DNA of 64,000 bases from an uncultured Lachnospiraceae bacterium (GCA_964421915.1 CAYQZB010000005.1:18761-82760); one strand, 5' to 3'. Shown: positions 27,558 through 37,424, counted from the stretch's first letter. The notes: generated from the letters alone by a model not told the origin. Numbers and translations: made by a program.

Positions 27558-28412
27558 ATGGATAAAAAGATAATTACGCAATTAAAGAATCTATTTGATG
27601 GTATTATGCATGATGAAGATGGGGTGCAATATTGGCTTGCAAGAGAACTTATGGTGCCGCTCGGATATGAGAGGTGGGAAAATTTTAATAATGCTGTAAA
27701 TCGTGCCATGACAGCATGCAGTGAAAGCGGAATTGATTCTACGGATCATTTTCGTGAGATCACGAAATTGACCACTGTAGGAAAAGGAGCCCAAAGAGAA
27801 TTGCTTGATTATATGCTGACCCGATATGCATGCTATCTTATTGCGGAAAACGGTGATCCTCGCAAGGAACAGATTGCTTTTGCACAAAGTTATTTTGCAA
27901 TTCAAACTAGAAAGATGGAACTTATTGAGGAAAGAATATCTTATATTGAGAGGACAGAAGCTAGAGGAAGGCTTAGGGAGTCAGAAAAAAGATTATCACA
28001 GAATATCTATGAGCGTGGGGTTGATGATGCTGGGTTTGGGCGAATAAGATCTAAGGGCGATAAAGCACTGTTTGGAGGTCGTTCCACTAAGGAGATGAAA
28101 GATTGTCTTGGTGTGAAGGAGAACCGTCCTTTGGCAGATTTCCTTCCGACATTAACTATTGCAGCCAAAAATCTTGCTACAGAGATGACAAATTACAATG
28201 TTGAAGAGAAAGACCTTCAAGGAGAATCTGCGATTACAGTCGAGCATATCGAGAATAATACATCAGTTAGAAAAATGCTCGGCGAAAGAGGGATCAAGCC
28301 TGAGAATCTTCCGCGTTCAGAAGACATCAAAAAACTAGAGCGCAAGGTAAAGCGGGAGAATAAAAAACTTGCAGAAGAGTCTGGAAAGCTTAAACGAAAT
28401 TCAAATAAGTAG
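27558..28412 (+). CDS. dinD: DNA damage-inducible protein D (DinD) family
   Basis: 'YWLARELMVPLGYERWENF', 'LTRYACYLIAENGDPRKEQIAFAQSYFAIQTR'. GGGAGG RBS before the ATG at 27558. Confidence 0.8.
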   Translation: MDKKIITQLKNLFDGIMHDEDGVQYWLARELMVPLGYERWENFNNAVNRAMTACSESGIDSTDHFREITKLTTVGKGAQRELLDYMLTRYACYLIAENGDPRKEQIAFAQSYFAIQTRKMELIEERISYIERTEARGRLRESEKRLSQNIYERGVDDAGFGRIRSKGDKALFGGRSTKEMKDCLGVKENRPLADFLPTLTIAAKNLATEMTNYNVEEKDLQGESAITVEHIENNTSVRKMLGERGIKPENLPRSEDIKKLERKVKRENKKLAEESGKLKRNSNK

Positions 28413-28424
28413 GGAGAGGGAGAA

Positions 28425-28541
28425 ATGCCTAAGCAGAAAAAATGTTATATCTACACTCGCGTATCTACAGCAATACAGGTGGATGGATATAGTCTGGACG
28501 CACAAAAGGATAAGTTACGCAACAGCAGTTGTCAGAATTAA
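28425..28541 (+). pseudogene. Serine recombinase N-terminal fragment (38 codons, then a stop)
   Basis: Hand translation MPKQKKCYIYTRVSTAIQVDGYSLDAQKDKLRNSSCQN* contains the catalytic-Ser motif 'YxRVST..Q...SLxxQ'. The rest of the gene is missing. Confidence 0.75.
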
Positions 28542-28700
28542 GAAAGATAAACTCTACTTATATGACATCATAAACATAAAAAAAGAAGCGAGTACGCCGC
28601 TTTAGTCCGAAGACCGTACGGTAGAAAACCGCTTCCTTTTAAAAAGAGATTATCATGAAGTTTACGCGGTGTCAAGAGTGTTTTGAAAAGAGGATAATCA

Positions 28701-28890
28701 ATATGGATATAGCAAAAAGAATAACGGAACTTCGTGAGGAAGCGGGCGAGAACAGAAAAGAATTTTCGGTTCATACGGGTATACCTGTCCGCACATTAGA
28801 GGATTGGGAGGCGGGGCGGCGCACCCCGCCGGAATATATCCCGCGGTTGATAGAGTATCAGATGAAGTATGAGAAGCTGGTGAAAGAAAA
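28701..28890. repeat. ~190-bp direct repeat, copy 2
   Basis: See 27121-27310. Confidence 0.85.
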
Positions 28891-28924
28891 AGCGGTTCCG
28901 GCAGCACGGCATATGATGTCGTGA
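28703..28924 (+). CDS. Small HTH DNA-binding protein (XRE-like), copy 2, with a different C-terminal tail
   Basis: The first 63 aa (through ...KLVKEK) are identical to copy 1; the tail is 'AVPAARHMMS'. Confidence 0.65.
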   Translation: MDIAKRITELREEAGENRKEFSVHTGIPVRTLEDWEAGRRTPPEYIPRLIEYQMKYEKLVKEKAVPAARHMMS

Positions 28925-29100
28925 AGAAATATACGGAAGAAAAAATCGGCAAGTTTACCAGCGCGGATGTTATCGCCCATTGTCCAAGCATAGGAAGGTC
29001 TTCTGCACTTTCTGCTTTGAAGAAACTTACGGAGGAAGGGCTTATTATCCGGGAAGGATCAGGAAGAAGTACTTTTTATGTTCGAGCTGACAGCAAATGA
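28921..29100 (+). pseudogene. Winged-helix DNA-binding C-terminal fragment (as found at the C-terminus of Fic/other regulator-type proteins)
   Basis: Hand translation 'KKYTEEKIGKFTSADVIAHCPSIGRSSALSALKKLTEEGLIIREGSGRSTFYVRADSK*'. Only 59 codons from a GTG. Confidence 0.4.
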
Positions 29101-29172
29101 TTTTCGTCCAAAACCATGCCGATTTGGATGAAAATGTTTCGGTTGGATGAAAACGATAATGAAGCGGGGATT

Positions 29173-29238
29173 GCCCGATTATTTGACATCAATCCGGAGC
29201 AATCGGGGCATGTGGAGACGGTAGTCTTGATGTCACGA
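29173..29238 (+). pseudogene. Remnant of a RumA/RlmD-type methyltransferase 3' end
   Basis: 'ARLFDINPEQSGHVETVVLMSR' parallels the rlmD C-terminus 'ACDMFPNTGHVETVVLLSK'. Confidence 0.7.
29204..29222. repeat. Right copy of the 19-bp direct repeat (CGGGGCATGTGGAGACGGT); putative attR
   Basis: Identical to 17936-17954. Confidence 0.75.
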
Positions 29239-29409
29239 ATAAAGGGACAACTGTTGAAAAAGTGCTGCATTTTCGGACTTTTCGGATATTTAGCCGTCAG
29301 CGCCGGAGAACAGATTTGACTGCAAAAAACGCAATGTCCAACGATTCGCTGTTTATGGTAAAGACAATCCGGTGGAGATTTGCTATGCTTTTCTTAGGAG
29401 GTGAGCCAT

Positions 29410-29589
29410 ATGGATCTTATGAAAACAGGAAAATTTATAGCGGCTCTTCGTAAAGAAAAAGGTCTTACACAAGAGCAGCTTGGAGACAAAATCGGAGTGA
29501 CAAATAAGACAGTCTCCCGATGGGAAACAGTAGATAGCCAAATCGCTGTTACGACAAATTCTATGCTAAAAGTTTGTAGAAAGTTATAG
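29410..29589 (+). pseudogene. Truncated XRE-family HTH regulator
   Basis: 'MDLMKTGKFIAALRKEKGLTQEQLGDKIGVTNKTVSRWET' matches the N-terminus of the intact 42937 gene, then diverges and stops after ~60 aa. Confidence 0.6.
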
Positions 29590-29607
29590 GGATGTTATAT
29601 TCCAAAT

Positions 29608-29928
29608 TTGTATCATGATACTGATGACGGAATCACAGAAATATGTGATATATTGTCTATTGGAGCTTCTATTCAGAATATATTACTTACGGCAACAGAA
29701 TTAGGATATGGAACACTTTGGATTGCAAATACATGTTTTGCGTATGATGAATTGGTTGATTTTATAGGAATAACCGGTCAGTTAGTTGGTGCAATATCAT
29801 TAGGACATTCTGATGAACATCCTAATCCCTGGCCGAGAAAAAGTGTCGAAGAACACAATGCAAAACAAACCATTCATTTTAGGATGCTGCCTTTGGACGT
29901 TCTTTTTTTGTACGCTTGTATAATATAA
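29608..29928 (+). pseudogene. Nitroreductase-family C-terminal fragment
   Basis: 'SIGASIQNILLTATELGYGTLWIANTCFAYDEL...ISLGHSDEHP'. No N-terminal half. Confidence 0.6.
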
Positions 29929-30040
29929 ATGCCGAATACGGCAAAAAAATTAGATAAAAGATTGCGTAATTTATCTGTGGTGGGTATAATCTATATTATA
30001 AAAGTGCCAGTAACGGCAAAAATATTAGATGGAGCATGTT

Positions 30041-31203
30041 ATGGAAATAAAAAGAGATGTATATCTTGACAGACTCATTGTTAGAAAACACAACGGGTTT
30101 ATTAAGGTAATTACGGGAATCCGGCGAAGCGGGAATCTTATTTATTGAATACATTGTTTTATAATCATTTGGTTGCTGAAAACATTGCATCGGATCATAT
30201 TATTAAATTTGCGTTTGATTTGGCTGAAGATTTAATGAAGATTGGTGAAAATCCAATTGTTCTCGATAATGAAAAAGAAGACCGTAAGGTGGATCCTTCC
30301 AAGTTTATCAATTGGTTAATGCCACAAATAAGTGGGGAAGGAATGTATTACCTACTACTTGATGAGGTTCATGTACTTCCACTGTCTTTCTCTGAATATT
30401 ATGCTTTTAAGCAGGGTGACAAAAGTGAAGCGTATGATGATTATTCGGTTTATGGTGGACTTCCGGCAGTAGCTCTTATGGCAGCGGAAGAGCAAAAAAC
30501 AAATTATTTGATTTCACAAATGCAGAATTTGTATCTGAGAGATATTATTAACAGGTACTCTGTGCAGGATGAAGCTGCACTTGGAGAGGTAATGGATGTA
30601 ATTGCTTCTGGTATCTCTACACTGACTAATCCGAGAAAAATTGCAATCACAATGAATTCTGTTCATGGAACGACTACCTGTGATGCAACGGTGGATAGAT
30701 ATATTGGATATGCGGAAGAGGCATTTATGCTTACCCGTGTAAAAAGATATAATGTCAAAGGAAGAAAATACATCGGCACTCCTTATAAGATTTATTTTGA
30801 GGATGTAGGACTTCGAAATGCCCGCTTGTCTTTTAGACAGATTGAAGGAACTCATATTATGGAGAACATTATTTATAATGAACTCAGGTACAGAGGGTAT
30901 CAGGTAGATGTAGGAACTGTGGAATCAAGAGAAAAGGATGCTGATGGAAAAGATATCCGTGTGCAGAGAGAGATTGATTTTATTGCTTCTTTGGGAAGTA
31001 AAAAATATTATATCCAGTCTGCGTATGCTATTTCCAGTCAGGAGAAGTATGAACAGGAAACAATATCCTTTGCACGTACAATGGACTCATTCAAAAAAAT
31101 AATCATTGTCGAAAAGAGTATGAAACCCCGTTATGATGAGAATGGTTATTTGATGATGGGCGTTAAAGAATTCCTGCTTGATGCTAATAGTTTACTTATC
31201 TAA
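30041..31203 (+). pseudogene. AAA ATPase with DUF4143-type C-terminus, frameshifted in the Walker A motif
   Basis: ATG at 30041 gives MEIKRDVYLDRLIVRKHNGFIKVITGIRRSGN-stop. The expected 'GIRRSGKSYLLNTLF' continues in the next frame (ORF-track 30145), implying a 1-nt loss at 'GGGAA(A)TCT'. 'LLLDEVHVLPLSF' also suggests an internal deletion. Confidence 0.7.
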
Positions 31204-31376
31204 TCTTTCTTGTAAAACAATGCAAAACAAAACATTACAAAATATTGACGATGTTTGCTGCATATACTATGTGGAAAATGTAAGAAGCTGTCCAAGGGGG
31301 CATTCTAAAGACAGACTAAGGACCTTCACTACTGGCAGATGATGATTGAACGGAAGAGGGGCAAAGAGGATTAACC

Positions 31377-32141
31377 ATGATAAACAAACGTATATCAATC
31401 AGTATTACTATACTGACTTTAATAATGACATTTATGGAAATGACCGCATTACCTGCGGCTTTATTTTGTAATATACAAATCAAGGATATAGAACCAATTT
31501 ATTTTTCTTTGATGATAAATTTTATATTAGCTTTTGCTTTATGTTATGTATGCAGGAAAACAATTATAAAAGAATGGAATTTTGGATTGCAATTTCAAAA
31601 TATTCTGACTGGTTTGAAAAAGTATGGCATTCCTTCCCTTGTTGCTACACTTATAGTGGCAGTTACTTTTTGCATAGGACTTTCACCGTTTAATAATAAA
31701 CCAACAATATATAGAGTTATTGTAGAAGGTGTTGTGTATTACATAGGTGTTGCCATAATGGAAGAAATTTATCTGAGAGGATTATTGCAGAATGTCATTG
31801 AAAAATGGTTTGGTAAACGAAATAATGCCACATTATATGCAGTTATTATATCATCTACACTGTTTGGATTTGGACATATTTTTGGCGCACTCGGTCAACC
31901 GATTTTAACAATTATATGCAAAGCGGTTTGGGCTGCTGCATTAGGAATTTACTTTGGAGCAGTTTATGTCAAAACCCGAAATTTATGGATACCGATTATT
32001 TTACATTTTATAGTAGATTTGTGTGGTATACCATTTTGTTTTTCTAAAAGCATTCAATATCCAGCTATAGGCTTAGCCGCTTGTCTATCAATGTATTTAT
32101 TATTAGGAATATATGGTATTTATATTCTACGGAAAAATTAA
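31377..32141 (+). CDS. CPBP family intramembrane glutamic endopeptidase (CAAX protease-like)
   Basis: 'EEIYLRGLLQ', 'FGFGHIF', 'HFIVD'. Polytopic. Confidence 0.85.
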   Translation: MINKRISISITILTLIMTFMEMTALPAALFCNIQIKDIEPIYFSLMINFILAFALCYVCRKTIIKEWNFGLQFQNILTGLKKYGIPSLVATLIVAVTFCIGLSPFNNKPTIYRVIVEGVVYYIGVAIMEEIYLRGLLQNVIEKWFGKRNNATLYAVIISSTLFGFGHIFGALGQPILTIICKAVWAAALGIYFGAVYVKTRNLWIPIILHFIVDLCGIPFCFSKSIQYPAIGLAACLSMYLLLGIYGIYILRKN

Positions 32142-32246
32142 GATAACTAATCTTTGGCAGCAGTTTATCATAACGCAATGGGTATCCGGCTTTAAAAATA
32201 TAGAAAAGATAGAGAAATTTGCTGACTACATACCCTGCGGCTTATA

Positions 32247-33488
32247 TTACCCGTTTTCTTTTTTTATCTTTTTTTCAAGATACATATTTCTGTCCGATTC
32301 GGTAATGTATGTGTGGAAGTTATCCTTCCTGCTATCCATGACAGATACCCCAAATGAAATGCTTAACTGCTGATCTTCTATGCAAAACAGTTTTTCTTTT
32401 TCTTTCATAAGCTTTACAAGGTGCAGGACTGTTTCCTCTGAAGTAGCTGGTAATAGAATGAGAAATTCATCACCGCCCATACGAAACAATATACGCTCTT
32501 GTGGTAAAACCATTTGGAAAAGGCTTACGGTAGCTTTGATGTATTCATCTCCCGCAGCATGACCGTATGTATCGTTGATTTCTTTAAGTCCGTCACAATC
32601 AGCAGAGATAATGGCGATTGGATAGTAGGTTTCGTTGTGCGTTTTAATAAATTCCTCCAGAAATGACCTGTTATACAGACCTGTCAGTTCATCGGTTATT
32701 GCCTGTTTTCTGAGTTTCTTTTTCAGTAATTCAAATTCGGTCACATCGTTGATCAGACCGATAATGCCGTTAACAGATCCTTCTTCATCGAAAAGAGGCT
32801 GTTTTATGATTTGTAGAAATTCCTGTATTCCATCCTCATTGATTTCAATTGTATATGTCGTTCCCTTGCCGGTTTTAATGATTTCCATATCTTTTTTATG
32901 CGCTGCGATTGCGTTTTCTTTATCCTTGCGTATCTCAGGATCGATCTTTCCCCTGATTGTCCAATTGGGATCGTCCGCCGATTTCAGATGATGCCAGTAT
33001 TTTGTCGCAAAAATATAACGGCACTCATTATCTTTGAGAAAAATGTTTGAAGGAAGCTGCTTAAGTATGGTTTCAATTCCGTAGAAAGTCATGGAATCCG
33101 TAAATGCAATCGCATTTGCAATCCTGTTTTTAACAACTTTATTAATATAAGGTTTGGAAATGCAATCGATCACACCAGATCCTAGACATGCAAACTTGTC
33201 CTCAGAATTATTTTCGTCAACGAAAATAAGAATTGGTATGGAAATAAGCTTTTTGCTTTTTTTCATATATTCCACAGCCTTGCGAATATCTTCCTGTAGA
33301 TCCGCATTGATCAGGATGGCATTAAAATCCGCCTTACTCTGTTTCAGAAGTTCCTTTGCGGCTGTCATATCCTTTACTACCGTTATATCGTATTCGTCTT
33401 CAAGGATTCGGCAAAGTTCTTCACAAGACTGTGTGTTATCAATAAAAAGCAGCTTTTTTGTTGTTTCTATTTGACTCATTTTGTGCAT
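32247..33488 (-). CDS. Response-regulator receiver - PAS - GGDEF diguanylate cyclase
   Basis: 'TDELTGLYNR', 'RMGGDEFLILL'. N-terminal receiver-like domain. No RxxD I-site directly upstream of GGDEF ('QERILFRMGGDEF'). Confidence 0.85.
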   Translation of the reverse strand: MHKMSQIETTKKLLFIDNTQSCEELCRILEDEYDITVVKDMTAAKELLKQSKADFNAILINADLQEDIRKAVEYMKKSKKLISIPILIFVDENNSEDKFACLGSGVIDCISKPYINKVVKNRIANAIAFTDSMTFYGIETILKQLPSNIFLKDNECRYIFATKYWHHLKSADDPNWTIRGKIDPEIRKDKENAIAAHKKDMEIIKTGKGTTYTIEINEDGIQEFLQIIKQPLFDEEGSVNGIIGLINDVTEFELLKKKLRKQAITDELTGLYNRSFLEEFIKTHNETYYPIAIISADCDGLKEINDTYGHAAGDEYIKATVSLFQMVLPQERILFRMGGDEFLILLPATSEETVLHLVKLMKEKEKLFCIEDQQLSISFGVSVMDSRKDNFHTYITESDRNMYLEKKIKKENG

Positions 33489-33725
33489 CCTTTCAAATGA
33501 GCTTTATTTCAAAGGTTTTTTTAAAATTGTATTTATTATACATTAAAGCAGAGAAAAAGTATACTAGTATAGCTATTTTTATGGTTTTCGTCATTTACGA
33601 AAGCAGGTTGACGTAATCTAACTTTATGTTAGAATTAGAAGAATAAAACGAAAATTATATAACTGAAGATTATATAACCTTTGCTTATAAGGGAACTGCA
33701 TTTATGAAAGAAACGGAGAAAGTGA

Positions 33726-34223
33726 ATGGGATCAAAAAAATGGACGACAGGTTTATTGATATTCTATCTTATTGCATTGACATGGATTATCATTTTTAAA
33801 CTTCAATTTTCCCTAACGGACTTGCCGCATTTAAGAAATATAAATTTAATTCCGTTCGGGGAATCGGTGATTGCCAATGGAAGAGTATATTTAAATGAAA
33901 TTATTTGGAATCTGTTGGTATTTATACCATATGGGCTGTTTATTCATATTATATGGGAAGACAGACCGTTGCTAATGCAGTTTGTCCCTATTATTTGTAC
34001 CAGTCTTTTGTTTGAAACTGTACAATTTATTTTTGCCATTGGAGCAAGTGATATTACGGATGTTATTACAAATACATTGGGAGGAATCATAGGCGTATTT
34101 GTTGCTATTGGCATTTCAAAGGTCGTTAAAAAAATTTGGGTAAAACTGATTAACATTTTAAGTCTGACCGGAGGCTTTCTTTTAACATTATTGATAGCGA
34201 TATTGCTTTTGGCTAATCTATAA
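33726..34223 (+). CDS. VanZ-like family membrane protein
   Basis: 165 aa, 4 TM. 'NLIPF' and 'DITDVITNTLGGIIG' patterns typical of VanZ-like proteins. Confidence 0.7.
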   Translation: MGSKKWTTGLLIFYLIALTWIIIFKLQFSLTDLPHLRNINLIPFGESVIANGRVYLNEIIWNLLVFIPYGLFIHIIWEDRPLLMQFVPIICTSLLFETVQFIFAIGASDITDVITNTLGGIIGVFVAIGISKVVKKIWVKLINILSLTGGFLLTLLIAILLLANL

Positions 34224-34271
34224 CTTTCCGGTTCCGTTTTGACATGAGCGGAATATGTGAAATATATGCTT

Positions 34272-35018
34272 TTACTTTGAAAATGGCATAGCCCGGAAAT
34301 ATTTCTTACGGTACTGCATAGGCGATAAACCGGTTGTCCTTTTAAATACTGCAGAAAAATAGCTCTGGTTGGGATAGGCAAGTATGGCGGCGATTTCTGC
34401 CGGGGAATATTCAGAGTATAGAAGCATATTCTGGGCGGTGGCAGTTTTCTTTTCCATAATGTAGCCGCTGATGCTCATGCCGGTTTCTTTTTTAAAAAGT
34501 CTTGATAAGTAAGACGGGTTCAGACAGACATAATCCGCCAGGGTTTCTACAGTAATGCGGGTATGAAGATTTTCGTAGATATAATCGATGCATTTAACTA
34601 TGGGCTGGGAACAGACCCTCTTTTTTTGAAGGCTTTTCATGCGTTTAGCATAATCCAAACACATTGTTGAATGAAGCTCTGCAATCTGTTCCGGTCTGTC
34701 GCATAGATCGGCTTTCTGGATATAAAAATCGCTGAGGGCATAGCCTTCGGAAAGCGCCATTCCTCCTTCAATGCAATAGCGGGCTACCATAGCCGTGGTA
34801 ATAATAAAATGATACCTGATATTATTCAGTGGATTTTGTGATAAAATGCCAAGACCCTGTTTTTCCAGAAGACTTTCCCGGCACATTTCTTTTGTTTTAT
34901 TGACATCTCCCGATTGGATGACAGCGTAAAATTCCAATTCCGGTTGATATGGAGCCCGGAAAATATTATTTTCCCTTTGCAGAAATTCCCTGTATGCAAG
35001 TTCTTTACGATATTCCAT
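34272..35018 (-). CDS. AraC-family transcriptional regulator
   Basis: C-terminal dual HTH 'LADYVCLNPSYLSRLFKKETGMSISGYIMEKK...FSAVFKRTTGLSPMQYR'. Divergent from the GH16 gene. Confidence 0.85.
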   Translation of the reverse strand: MEYRKELAYREFLQRENNIFRAPYQPELEFYAVIQSGDVNKTKEMCRESLLEKQGLGILSQNPLNNIRYHFIITTAMVARYCIEGGMALSEGYALSDFYIQKADLCDRPEQIAELHSTMCLDYAKRMKSLQKKRVCSQPIVKCIDYIYENLHTRITVETLADYVCLNPSYLSRLFKKETGMSISGYIMEKKTATAQNMLLYSEYSPAEIAAILAYPNQSYFSAVFKRTTGLSPMQYRKKYFRAMPFSK

Positions 35019-35222
35019 AAGTAACGGCTCCTTTGTTCATCATGTTTTATCTGTCTTTAATATACTTTCTTTTTATATTATGTCATGAAACCATCAATAA
35101 TGTAAAGAAAAAGATATGATAGAAAAAGTAAATATGACATAATAAAATCATGGATTTATTAAAATACGTTGCTGGATAATCGTACTGTACATATAAAAAC
35201 AGAAAGGAGAGATGTATTGGTT

Positions 35223-36638
35223 ATGAAAAAAAAGAGTTTAGTAATGATGGCTGCAATGGCATTATCCTTGATTTTTGCAGGCTGCAATAATTCTGCTGTG
35301 GACAATGCCGCTTCCGCGGATGGAGAAGGTCAGACGGTTAATGATCAGGAAGAAGTGGTGCAGACGCAGGTTCCCGAGCTTGCGGGATATGAACTGTTGT
35401 GGCACGATGAGTTTGATGCTGACACGCTTGATGAATCTATCTGGAATTATGAACCCCATGAGCCGGGATGGACAAATGAAGAATTGCAGGAATATACCGT
35501 GGGCACCGACAATGTTTTTCTTCGGGACGGCAATCTGGTCATAAAGGCGATTATGACGGAGGGTGATAACGGTAATCCTTATTATACCTCAGGCAAAGTG
35601 ACCAGCCAGAATAAAGAAGATTTTATGTATGGCAAGGTAGTTGTCAGCGCAAAGGTTCCGGAAGGACAGGGACTCTGGCCGGCGATCTGGATGATGCCTA
35701 CCGATGAAAGCTATTACGGGCAGTGGCCTAAGTGCGGTGAAATCGATATTATGGAAGTTTTGGGTAACCAGACGGACATAGCGTATTGTACCGTTCATTA
35801 TGGAGAACCTCATTCGGAACAGCAGGGAATCTACCAGCTTACCGGCACGACCTTTGCGGAAGATTTTCATGAATATTCCGTAGAATGGGAACCGGGGGAA
35901 ATGAGATGGTATATTGACAATAATCTTGTCCTTACGGTAAATGATTGGTTTACCGCAGTGTCGGGAGAGGACGAAAAGCCGTATCCGGCGCCGTTTAACC
36001 AGACCTTCTTCGTACAGATGAATCTGGCGGTCGGCGGTACATGGCCTGGCAATCCGGATGAAACGACGGATTTTGATAAAGCGGAATTTGAAATTGATTA
36101 TGTGCGGGTATATCAGAAGCCGGAATATGACACCAATGTGGAGAAGCCGGAACCTGAGTTCCGGGAGATACTTCCGGACGGCAATCTGGTATATAACGGT
36201 GATTTTGCGGAAGCGGAAGCTTTGGATGATGAAGAGAACTGGTATTTCCTGCTTTTTGAAGGCGGAGAGGGTTCGGCAAAGATCGAGGATGGCGTATTGA
36301 CCATTTCGACGGAAGCGATGGGAAGTGTTGATTATTCCGTACAAATAGTGCAGCCGCAGCTTCCTATGATAAAAGGAACTAGCTATCGGTTGACATTTGA
36401 AGCCTGTGCTGCGGAGGAAAGAGACATGATCGTGTGTGTTTCCGCTCCTACGGCGGGTTGGATCCGCTATCTGGAGGATACGATGTTGTCAATGACAACC
36501 GAATGGCAGACCTATACCTATGATTTTACAATGACTGAAAAGAATGATAATAATGGGCGTCTGGAGTTTAACATGGGTAATAAGGGTTCTACTGCGGAAA
36601 TATATATCAGAAATGTAAGAATTGAGATTGTGGAATAA
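35223..36638 (+). CDS. Lipoprotein glycoside hydrolase family 16 (beta-glucanase/laminarinase) with a C-terminal carbohydrate-binding module
   Basis: Lipobox 'LIFAGC'. Catalytic 'GEIDIMEVLG'. 'GLWPAIWMMP'. C-terminal ~150 aa beta-sandwich-like region. Confidence 0.85.
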   Translation: MKKKSLVMMAAMALSLIFAGCNNSAVDNAASADGEGQTVNDQEEVVQTQVPELAGYELLWHDEFDADTLDESIWNYEPHEPGWTNEELQEYTVGTDNVFLRDGNLVIKAIMTEGDNGNPYYTSGKVTSQNKEDFMYGKVVVSAKVPEGQGLWPAIWMMPTDESYYGQWPKCGEIDIMEVLGNQTDIAYCTVHYGEPHSEQQGIYQLTGTTFAEDFHEYSVEWEPGEMRWYIDNNLVLTVNDWFTAVSGEDEKPYPAPFNQTFFVQMNLAVGGTWPGNPDETTDFDKAEFEIDYVRVYQKPEYDTNVEKPEPEFREILPDGNLVYNGDFAEAEALDDEENWYFLLFEGGEGSAKIEDGVLTISTEAMGSVDYSVQIVQPQLPMIKGTSYRLTFEACAAEERDMIVCVSAPTAGWIRYLEDTMLSMTTEWQTYTYDFTMTEKNDNNGRLEFNMGNKGSTAEIYIRNVRIEIVE

Positions 36639-36657
36639 TAAGCAATCCGACAAAATT

Positions 36658-36691
36658 CCCTGTCAGAGAAATCTGGCAGGGAGTTATTTTT
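36658..36691. terminator. Putative bidirectional rho-independent terminator between convergent genes
   Basis: Stem CCCTGTCAG/CTGGCAGGG (one G-U pair) followed by a T-rich run. Confidence 0.55.
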
Positions 36692-36698
36692 CTCCTTT

Positions 36699-37265
36699 TT
36701 ATTTATTTCTTCTAATTAGTTTATTAAGCATATGAAGTATATAGCCTAACACCCATAATATAATTGCAAGCACAAAGACAATCATAAGTGCAACGATTCC
36801 GCTATAATCCATAAAAATCAAACTGGCAGGAAATGGACAACTTCCGCTTATCTTAAAAAGTATAAATGCGAACAACATATATAACAACGGAAAGACAACA
36901 ACTGAAAAAGTGCCTTTCCAATTCATAGTTCTCTGATCACAGAACACGAACCAATAAACAGCTAAGATGATTGGATTTATGATATGTATAAACCAAAAAG
37001 TACCGTCCAAATTTAGTCTGATTATTACTGTTGCAATAAAGATAACAAATATATCAGTCAAACATGCCAAATAAATACCAGAATTCAGCAGCTTACCATT
37101 TTTTTGTTGTTGTAAAAAAGACACAAAAAATATAACACCTGCCAGAATCCCTGATATAAAGCAGTATTCACTCATATGCGAAACATCTTTATAATACCCC
37201 AGTATAACGCTTATAATAAACAAAACACTTAAAACCAACTCAATATATTTTCTAATCTTATTCAT
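36699..37265 (-). CDS. Hypothetical polytopic membrane protein
   Basis: AGGAGA RBS before the ATG at 37265. Six hydrophobic segments. Confidence 0.55.
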   Translation of the reverse strand: MNKIRKYIELVLSVLFIISVILGYYKDVSHMSEYCFISGILAGVIFFVSFLQQQKNGKLLNSGIYLACLTDIFVIFIATVIIRLNLDGTFWFIHIINPIILAVYWFVFCDQRTMNWKGTFSVVVFPLLYMLFAFILFKISGSCPFPASLIFMDYSGIVALMIVFVLAIILWVLGYILHMLNKLIRRNK

Positions 37266-37424
37266 CGTTTTTCTCCTGTAAACTACGGTTTGTAAGTGCA
37301 ATTATAACCTGTTTGTAAAGTGTATGCAACTTTGAAAAGGGAGTTGTTTTTTGCAGTAAAATATGCAAATATAAAAATAACTTGAAATAAGTTTAACAAG
37401 ACCGGTAGAAAGGCGGCGCTCAAA

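Larger units (their letters stand above)
17955..29222. mobile_element. Decayed integrative island inserted in the 3' end of rlmD (~11.3 kb)
   Basis: Flanked by the 19-bp direct repeat. The right end retains a second rumA-like 3' coding remnant (..GHVETVVLMSR). Visibly more AT-rich than rlmD. Carries RM/defence-type cargo plus a mobC pseudogene and a truncated serine recombinase. Confidence 0.6.

Noticed and set aside
35589-36344. 251-aa minus-strand ORF and several other ORFs overlapping the GH16 gene
   Set aside because: It is antisense or alternative-frame to a gene with clear GH16 catalytic motifs. It has no motifs and no RBS.
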